Positions 57,884 through 64,000 of a DNA stretch of 64,000 bases are shown piece by piece. Positions within the stretch are counted from its first letter, which is position 1. Every line of letters begins with the position of its first letter. The position numbers and the translations under genes are program-made. The notes below the pieces were generated by a model. That model did not search any database. It was not told the origin of the DNA and was given only the letters and a program-made list of their open reading frames with translations. The DNA lies in assembly GCA_903921325.1 (NCBI GenBank), contig CAIXPL010000025.1, positions 4,905 to 68,904 on the forward strand, in the 5' to 3' direction. Source of the stretch: an uncultured Pseudomonadota bacterium. Its GTDB lineage: Bacteria > Pseudomonadota > Gammaproteobacteria > Burkholderiales > SG8-39.

Positions 57884-57960
57884 CCGCAGCGCGGTCGCTG
57901 CACATTCGGTGGATCCAGGGCGCAATTCGTGAGGTCGCCGCAGGTTCGGATTTGATCGAC

Positions 57961-59130
57961 CTATTGAAACTCGCCAGCGGCCCGATACTGCGCATTGGCG
58001 CTGTCGGTGCGGCCCAGTCGGTCCAGCAGGCGCGCGAGATCAAGATGGGTCGTGCGATTCGCCTGTGTTGCCAGACTCGCCTCGAAGTAACTCTGCGCTT
58101 TGCCCCACAACTCGCGCTCAAGGCACAGCTGTCCGAGCACGCGCAGCAGCACACCGTCGGCGGGACGATCACGCAACCAACGCTCGGCGCGCTCCAGCCG
58201 GTTGACCGCTGCTGTGTCGGCACACTGCGCCCAGATCGCCACCACCGCCTCGTCCCAATGGGCCTCGATCGACGCCAGCGCAATCGAAGTGGCCGAACCC
58301 GCCTCGCCGGCGGCAATACACGCACGCGCTGCTTCCAGGGCGACCGCCGGTTCGACACGCTCAGCGGCATCGAGTGAGTAGAAAAAGGTTTTCAGGGGAT
58401 CGGGCTCAAGCGCCAGCTCGCGAATGCGCTGCACGCTGGCGGTTAACCGGTACTGGTGCGCACGCTCAGGCGAAATCGCGTCGCGCTTTTGCAATTGCCG
58501 CGTCAGTCGGAGCACCTCATCCCAATGACCCAATCCCTGCTCCGCGCGCAGCATCATGCGCAATGTCGACACATGACGCGGACCGGCGGCATGCAACTGA
58601 CGCAACACATCATGGGCTTGCGCAAACTCGCGCTCATCGAGCAACAGTTCAGCCTGCGTGGCGAGGCGGGCATTGCGATCATCATCGGTGGCCCCCTGTG
58701 CCCGCGCGAGCCACAGTTCGCGCCGCTCGGTATCGCGCATGAAGTGCGCGCTGCGCGCCGCGAGCAAAGCCGCCAGCGCAGGTGACTCACCGGCTTGAAA
58801 CGCTTTGGCCGCTTGCTGCAATGCGTGGCCGAAGCGGCCCTCAAAGTAGGCACGCCAGGCGCGCACAAGGGCATTGCGTGCCTGTCGATTGCGTCGCTCC
58901 AGCCGAAATGCCGCCACATAGCCCGGCAAACTCAACGCGTTGGAAATCAATCGCAGCAGGGCGTAGAGCAATGCAAAACCGAGCGCTGCCAGCACCACCG
59001 CCAGCACCAGCGACACTTCGATCCGCCACGGCGGGGCAACCAGCAGCACGTAGCCTGCACTGATCCGTGCGAGCAGTGCCAGCGCGACCGCGCAGGCGGC
59101 CACCACGACAAACCAGATGAGTCCCTTCAC
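57961..59130 (-). CDS. hemY: HemY-like heme-biosynthesis-associated TPR membrane protein
   Basis: Two N-terminal TM segments followed by a TPR-like helical region. Position is after hemX. Confidence 0.8.
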   Translation of the reverse strand: MKGLIWFVVVAACAVALALLARISAGYVLLVAPPWRIEVSLVLAVVLAALGFALLYALLRLISNALSLPGYVAAFRLERRNRQARNALVRAWRAYFEGRFGHALQQAAKAFQAGESPALAALLAARSAHFMRDTERRELWLARAQGATDDDRNARLATQAELLLDEREFAQAHDVLRQLHAAGPRHVSTLRMMLRAEQGLGHWDEVLRLTRQLQKRDAISPERAHQYRLTASVQRIRELALEPDPLKTFFYSLDAAERVEPAVALEAARACIAAGEAGSATSIALASIEAHWDEAVVAIWAQCADTAAVNRLERAERWLRDRPADGVLLRVLGQLCLERELWGKAQSYFEASLATQANRTTHLDLARLLDRLGRTDSANAQYRAAGEFQ

Positions 59131-59234
59131 GCACGCTCCCTAGCCACATTGCCTCCTGAATCGCGCTGTGTAGTCACCGTTCACCGAGCACGCAATCAAC
59201 GCAAAAGACCCGGTCCGTTTGAGTGCGACGCGGC

Positions 59235-60398
59235 TCAATGCGCCACTTTCAAACTGCGAACAGCAGTCAGGCTCTCTGACAGGGTGGGCACAGCAATCAC
59301 CAAAGCCACCGACTGCAATTCGCGCAACGAAGCGACGGCCGTGCCGACCGGCTTCTGCTTGCCATCGAAATAGGTTTCGATCCACTGACTGGCCAGACGC
59401 AGATCTGAACGAAACGTGGCTTCATTGCGTTGCAGTAGCGACACCCGAACATTGAGCAAGCGAAGTTTCAGGTTTTCGCGCAAGAAATAGCGCTGGTCGG
59501 GGGCGAGCAAGGGCGGCAGCACACGATCGCTGCGCTCGACCCGTACCAACCGCGCCATTTCAGTCCACAACAGCGCGCCCACGCGCGTCCAACCGCCGGG
59601 CTCGGCCGCCTCGCCCGCGACGGTGGGTGGCAGACGGCTGTCTGACACCAAAGGAAGGCCATCGACTGCGGCAATGATCTGATCGATGCGCATCGACAGG
59701 CCGGTCAAATCAAGGCTTGGCTGCGCTTTCAGACGTTCAATGTCAGCGCCGATTGCGCGCCGCAAGGACATGAACTGCGGTCGATTGTTGCGTGCCAGAC
59801 GCGCGTCGGCCCCTTGCAGGGCGATCAAGGCACCCTGCACATTGCCGACCAGTTGCAATTGCTGGGCCGCCAGCGTCAGCGTCTGTTCGATATCGGCCAG
59901 CAATGACTCGTCGCGGCTGCGCGAGAGTTCCTGGTAGAGCTGCTCCAGTGCCGCTTGCTGGCCACGCGCCTCGGTAACCCGGGCATCGAGCAGGCTCAAG
60001 CGGGACAGCAGATCGCGCACCGTGTCCTGTGCCTCGCGTGCCGCGTGACTCGCGTCATGGCTGTCTGATTCGGCAGTCTTCAGGCGTAGCGCAATATCTT
60101 CGCGCACCTGGCCCAGTTCACGCCGGGTATCAAACCATTGCCAACCGATCAGCGCGATTGCCACGATCGCCACCAGCGTGGTGCGATTGAAACGGGGCGT
60201 GCGCGCGAGTGCGCCGACAGAGTCCGGGACGCGGTCCGCCGCAGCTGCCGTCGCCGCGGCGCCTGAGCCGGGTGGCGCCCCTGCAGTGCTCGACGCAGCG
60301 GCAGCATCGACCGCGCTTGCAGCGCGCGGCGCACCGGATAGTGCAGCAGAAACCTCAGCAGATTCAGTGGATTCAGACACGAGTTCCAATCTACCCAA
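59235..60398 (-). CDS. hemX: HemX-like membrane protein (often annotated uroporphyrinogen-III C-methyltransferase)
   Basis: A low-complexity Ala-rich N-terminus, one TM (TLVAIVAIALIGWQWF), and a long coiled-coil-like periplasmic region. Position is hemD-hemX-hemY. Confidence 0.8.
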   Translation of the reverse strand: MGRLELVSESTESAEVSAALSGAPRAASAVDAAAASSTAGAPPGSGAAATAAAADRVPDSVGALARTPRFNRTTLVAIVAIALIGWQWFDTRRELGQVREDIALRLKTAESDSHDASHAAREAQDTVRDLLSRLSLLDARVTEARGQQAALEQLYQELSRSRDESLLADIEQTLTLAAQQLQLVGNVQGALIALQGADARLARNNRPQFMSLRRAIGADIERLKAQPSLDLTGLSMRIDQIIAAVDGLPLVSDSRLPPTVAGEAAEPGGWTRVGALLWTEMARLVRVERSDRVLPPLLAPDQRYFLRENLKLRLLNVRVSLLQRNEATFRSDLRLASQWIETYFDGKQKPVGTAVASLRELQSVALVIAVPTLSESLTAVRSLKVAH

Positions 60399-61245
60399 AA
60401 AATCGATTCAGTGCAGCAAGAATGCCAGTGTCCGTTGAACCGGTCAGGACAACCTGACGCAAACCCAGTGCGCGCCCCGCCGCCACGATACGCTCGTGCG
60501 GCATGAACGTTGGAATTGATTCCCAGGTAGTGCGACCGCGGGCGTCGAGCGCCTGCCACAAATTACCCAGTCCAACGCTCGAAGTCACGATCACCGCGTC
60601 CATGCTGCCACTGCGACCGAGGCTCATCAAGGCTTCAATGTCAAAGCTGGGGACAGCGCGCCGATAGCACTCTACCCGGATAAGCCGGGCACCGCGCGCA
60701 TCCAGTGCATCGGCAAGGTCCGTTCGACCGCCGACACCAGCGACAATCGCCACCGTACGACCGTTCAGCACTGTGAGTTCAGGCAGCGCCGCAACCCCAG
60801 CCGCATCATGCTGCTCGCGTGGACAAATAGCGCGAACCACACCGTGGTCGCGCAACACCCTGACCGTGCCCGGCCCGACCGCAAACACCCGTTGCATTGC
60901 CGCAGTCGTCTTCGCCGAAGCCGTTGCAGCCGCGGGCAGTGCAGTGGCAGTCGCTGCGACCATGGGCGCAGACTGTGCCGGAGTTGCGACAAGCGGCGCC
61001 CGAGCCAGATCGAAACGCGACACCAGACGGTAGAACACCCGCACGGCACTGGGACTCACGAAGACGATGTCATCGGCATAGAGCGCAAGCGTGATCTGCT
61101 GCAGCACCGCAGGGTCATCGATCGGTTGAATATCAATCGCTGGCAGCATCACCGGCACGGCGCCGCCCTCGCGCAGTGCGGCCTCGAGGCCCCCGCCTTC
61201 CGCAGTCGGTCGTGTCACCAGGACATGGCGTCCTGCGAGCACCAT
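60391..61245 (-). CDS. hemD: Uroporphyrinogen-III synthase
   Basis: HEM4-family pattern (VLVTRP..., VFVSPSAV, VTSS). Overlaps the hemC stop by 1 nt and the hemX start by 8 nt. Confidence 0.85.
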   Translation of the reverse strand: MVLAGRHVLVTRPTAEGGGLEAALREGGAVPVMLPAIDIQPIDDPAVLQQITLALYADDIVFVSPSAVRVFYRLVSRFDLARAPLVATPAQSAPMVAATATALPAAATASAKTTAAMQRVFAVGPGTVRVLRDHGVVRAICPREQHDAAGVAALPELTVLNGRTVAIVAGVGGRTDLADALDARGARLIRVECYRRAVPSFDIEALMSLGRSGSMDAVIVTSSVGLGNLWQALDARGRTTWESIPTFMPHERIVAAGRALGLRQVVLTGSTDTGILAALNRFFG

Positions 61246-62177
61246 CAGATCGCCAGCGTGGCGAGGATCGCGGCGGCGCCGTGTTCGCGCAGGGCGCTGG
61301 CAAGTGCATGGCCCACCACCTCGGGTTGGTCGGCATCTCCGTCGGTTCGCGCCCTTGCCAATTGCCTGCCATCAGCGCTGGCGACCAATCCATCGACGCG
61401 CAACCGGCCTGATTGGATAACCGCATGCACTGCAAGGGGCATCTGGCAACTGCCACCCAGACTCAGACTGGCCGCGCGTTCTGCGCGTACGCAGGTCGCG
61501 CTCGGACCATGATTGAGTGGCGCGAGCCACTGGGCCAAATCATCGCGACCCGCCGAGATTTCGATCGCCAGCGCCCCCTGGCCAACCGCCGGCAGACTGT
61601 CCTCAAGCGCGATCAGCGCGCGTACGCGCTGCGCGAGGCCAAGTCGGTTCAGTCCGGCGGCAGCAAGAATGATGGCGTCATACTCGCCACGATCAAGGCG
61701 TCCGAGGCGAGTGTCCAGATTGCCACGCAAGCTGGCTACCTGCAGGGCGGGAAAGCGATGGCGTATTTGCGCTTCTCTGCGCAGGCTTGCGGTGCCCACG
61801 CGCGCCCCGGCGGGCAAGCTCGCGAGGTCGGCATGGCTTGCGCAGACGAAGGCATCGCGTGGATCTTCGCGTTCAAGGATCGCGGTGAGCGCAAAACCGG
61901 GGGGCATCTCGGCCGGCATATCCTTGCACGAATGCACGGCCAGATCGGCGCGCCCTTGTTCCAGCGCGACTTCCAGTTCCTTGATGAACAGTCCCTTGCC
62001 GCCGATTGCCGCCAACGAGCGATCGAGCACCTGATCGCCCTGAGTGCTCATGGGTAGCAGATCGATCTGACAGTCAGGGTAGAGCGTGCGCAGACGCGTG
62101 CGTACGTGCTCCGATTGCCACAGCGCAAGCCGACTCTTGCGAGTGGCGATAACCAAGCGTGCCGGTGATGCAGCCAT
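61245..62177 (-). CDS. hemC: Hydroxymethylbilane synthase (porphobilinogen deaminase)
   Basis: Trimmed to [25 protein letters not shown]. Motifs [14 protein letters not shown] and [10 protein letters not shown] (cofactor Cys). Confidence 0.93.
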   Translation of the reverse strand: MAASPARLVIATRKSRLALWQSEHVRTRLRTLYPDCQIDLLPMSTQGDQVLDRSLAAIGGKGLFIKELEVALEQGRADLAVHSCKDMPAEMPPGFALTAILEREDPRDAFVCASHADLASLPAGARVGTASLRREAQIRHRFPALQVASLRGNLDTRLGRLDRGEYDAIILAAAGLNRLGLAQRVRALIALEDSLPAVGQGALAIEISAGRDDLAQWLAPLNHGPSATCVRAERAASLSLGGSCQMPLAVHAVIQSGRLRVDGLVASADGRQLARARTDGDADQPEVVGHALASALREHGAAAILATLAI

Positions 62178-62216
62178 AGCAGGTATCTGGGAGAGAGTCT
62201 CCGGTGATTCTAGCAT

Positions 62217-63044
62217 TCAGGATGCAAGCATCTGCCGCAGCGTGGGCCACTGGCGGCGACTCACCGCGAGGCGCTCTTCTGTCCCGTCGATCACCACACT
62301 CCAGCCGGCGTTCTCGTTCGCTTCAGGCCGGGTGCGCTCGAGCGCCCTGATTGCCCAGCGGGCCACGATGCAACCACGGTGGATGCGCACGAAAAAATTA
62401 CCAAATTCCTGTTCAATCTGCACCAGGGATTCAGCGAGCAAGTACTCGTGATCGCGGGTGCGCAGGCGCAGGTACTTCGTGTCGGCTTGCAGATAAATCA
62501 CTTCCAGGACAGGCACCAGAATGACACGATCACGCTCGGTGACCGTGAAGTGCTGGCGTGCGACTGGCCGTAGTGCCGGAGGCACCGGCACCGGGCCAGT
62601 GGACTCGGCCGCTGCAGTCGCTGATGGTTCGAGCGGCCCGCGCTGCGCACCTGCAAGGCGGCTGCGCGCACGCAGCAAGGCCTCGCGCAGTCGACTCGAG
62701 CGCACTGGCTTGAGCAGATAGTCCGTTGCACTGACATCAAAGGCCGCCAGCGCATGTTCTTCGTGGGCGGTGATGAATATGATCACCGGCGGTCGGGTCA
62801 TCTCGCGCAGACGACGCGCAAGCTCAAGCCCGTTCATCGCTGGCATCTGGACATCGAGCAGCAACACATCGACCTCGATGGCGGCGATGAGATCAAGTGC
62901 AATCAGGGCGCTGGCCGCTTCACCGACAATCTGCAATGGCAACTCGCTTGCCAACCCGGTCAGCAGATCACGCATGCGATGCCGGGCGGGCGGCTCATCA
63001 TCGACCACCAGTACGCGCATCAGCGAAGCGGTGGTTTCGCTCAT
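62217..63044 (-). CDS. LytTR-family response regulator (AlgR-like)
   Basis: Receiver domain (RVLVVDDEPPARHRM..., DVLLLDVQMP) plus a C-terminal LytTR DNA-binding domain. An alternative start is ATG 63020 (MRVLVVDDE). Confidence 0.85.
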   Translation of the reverse strand: MSETTASLMRVLVVDDEPPARHRMRDLLTGLASELPLQIVGEAASALIALDLIAAIEVDVLLLDVQMPAMNGLELARRLREMTRPPVIIFITAHEEHALAAFDVSATDYLLKPVRSSRLREALLRARSRLAGAQRGPLEPSATAAAESTGPVPVPPALRPVARQHFTVTERDRVILVPVLEVIYLQADTKYLRLRTRDHEYLLAESLVQIEQEFGNFFVRIHRGCIVARWAIRALERTRPEANENAGWSVVIDGTEERLAVSRRQWPTLRQMLAS

Positions 63045-63081
63045 CGCGCACGCTCAGGCGTGAGGGGTCTGGCCGCGCAAG

Positions 63082-64000
63082 TCACGTTGCCACCGGCATC
63101 TGACCAGCACCGGGCCGTTGCAAAGGCAAATCGACCCGCACTTCATAGCGCTCGCCCACCACGCCGTGGTGCAGGCTGGCATGCGCATCAAAATGCAACG
63201 CGAGGCGCTCGCGGATATTACCCATTGCCATGCCGTTGCCCGGTCGCACGTTGGCACCGGGTCGCCAGGAGTTCGACACCACCACCAGCACGCGTTGCCC
63301 TGACACCGTGATGTCAATGGACACGTCACCGGGTTCTATCCACGGTTCGATGCCGTGATACACCGCATTTTCGGCAACCGGTTGCAGCAAAAGCGGGGGC
63401 ACTAATGCGTGCTCTGCGGCCGGATCAAGATGAATCTCACAGTGCAGCCGATCACCCAGTCGCAAGGACTCGATTCTCAGGTATTCGCGCACCAACTCCA
63501 CTTCGCGGGCCATGGGCACGAGTTGCGCATTGTCTGCCAGCAGCATGCGGAAAAGATCGGCCAGATCCTCCAGCACCTGTTCGGCGCGCGCCGGGTCGGA
63601 CCGGATCAGGCTGAGTACGGCGTTCAAGCTGTTGAACAGAAAATGCGGGCGAATACGGGCCTGCAAGAAATGTAATCGCGCTTCGCTGATGGCCGGTGAA
63701 AAGGCACGCCCCCGCAGGCGCAAATACTCTGCTGCAATCAGCGCTACCAGCGCAGCCAGCAAGGCGGCGCGCCAGGGCTCCAGACGCAGGGTGACCACAC
63801 CGCCGCCAACATGAGTGGCAACGAGGGCGGCAATCATGGCGATCGCGGCAAGCACCACAACCAGGGCAAACGGATAGGGCATCCTGCGCAATGCCGGGAA
63901 CGCGAGGTGGCACAGCAGCAGTCCGATCAGCAAGGTGGGTTCGGTGACCAGAGCCAGCTCAAGCAAGGCATCGGCGTAGCGCCCAGGATCAAGGGCAGCG
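63082..64000 (-). CDS. LytS/AlgZ(FimS)-type sensor histidine kinase; N-terminus runs off the window
   Basis: His_kinase (PF06580-type) motif IRPHFLFNSLNAV and an ATPase N-box PVAENAVYHG. TM segments lie upstream. The reading frame stays open from 63966 to nt 64000. Confidence 0.85.
   Translation of the reverse strand, partial: AALDPGRYADALLELALVTEPTLLIGLLLCHLAFPALRRMPYPFALVVVLAAIAMIAALVATHVGGGVVTLRLEPWRAALLAALVALIAAEYLRLRGRAFSPAISEARLHFLQARIRPHFLFNSLNAVLSLIRSDPARAEQVLEDLADLFRMLLADNAQLVPMAREVELVREYLRIESLRLGDRLHCEIHLDPAAEHALVPPLLLQPVAENAVYHGIEPWIEPGDVSIDITVSGQRVLVVVSNSWRPGANVRPGNGMAMGNIRERLALHFDAHASLHHGVVGERYEVRVDLPLQRPGAGQMPVAT

Noticed and set aside
57884-57960. The hairpin GCAGCG-N4-CGCTGC between convergent hemF and hemY, as a bidirectional terminator.
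   Set aside because: The stem is only 6 bp and there is no flanking U/A tract on either strand. Support is insufficient to call it.

Overview
This is a visibly GC-rich, gene-dense chromosomal core segment. I call 60 CDS (two of them small and putative) and one tRNA; there is no rRNA. Gene order and the porin type look betaproteobacterial.

Content from left to right:
- A purine-oxidation locus, xdhABC plus an amidohydrolase. It is translationally coupled to a NitT/TauT-type ABC ATPase and faces a divergent ATPase+permease pair.
- tyrS, an M23 peptidase and anmK.
- erpA, argC and rpsI-rplM.
- A SAM methyltransferase, an OsmC-like gene, coq7 and a porin.
- trpEGDC with a leader peptide, then a GlcD-like FAD oxidase, rpe, apaG, mltA, a DsbC-like gene, a Ubi flavin hydroxylase and panE.
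- tRNA-Met(CAU).
- miaB-phoH-ybeY-corC-lnt.
- glyQS-gmhB-plsC and a YgjP-like gene.
- rsmA-surA-lptD, divergent from amgK-murU.
- pepP-ubiH.
- dusB-fis-purH-purD-hemF.
- hemYXDC preceded by an AlgZ/AlgR-like two-component pair.

I see no transposases, integrases, phage genes, CRISPR arrays, toxin-antitoxin pairs or recognisable defence genes, and no compositionally foreign island. I therefore do not claim a novel multi-gene system here.

The most novel-looking signals are non-coding:
1. A promoter-to-terminator unit at about 16.7-16.86 kb encodes a roughly 120-nt structured RNA with tandem CUCCUCC (anti-Shine-Dalgarno) motifs.
2. A Trp-rich leader peptide is followed by an attenuator-like element made of an exact 31-nt tandem duplication with no U-tract.
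3. Short tandem duplications recur in or next to housekeeping genes.
4. Several perfect inverted repeats sit in control regions.

All calls come from reading the sequence and the ORF track and from motif recognition. No database search was run. Many ORF-track starts are over-extended (longest-ORF artefact in GC-rich DNA) and were trimmed by eye, so start coordinates are less certain than gene identities.
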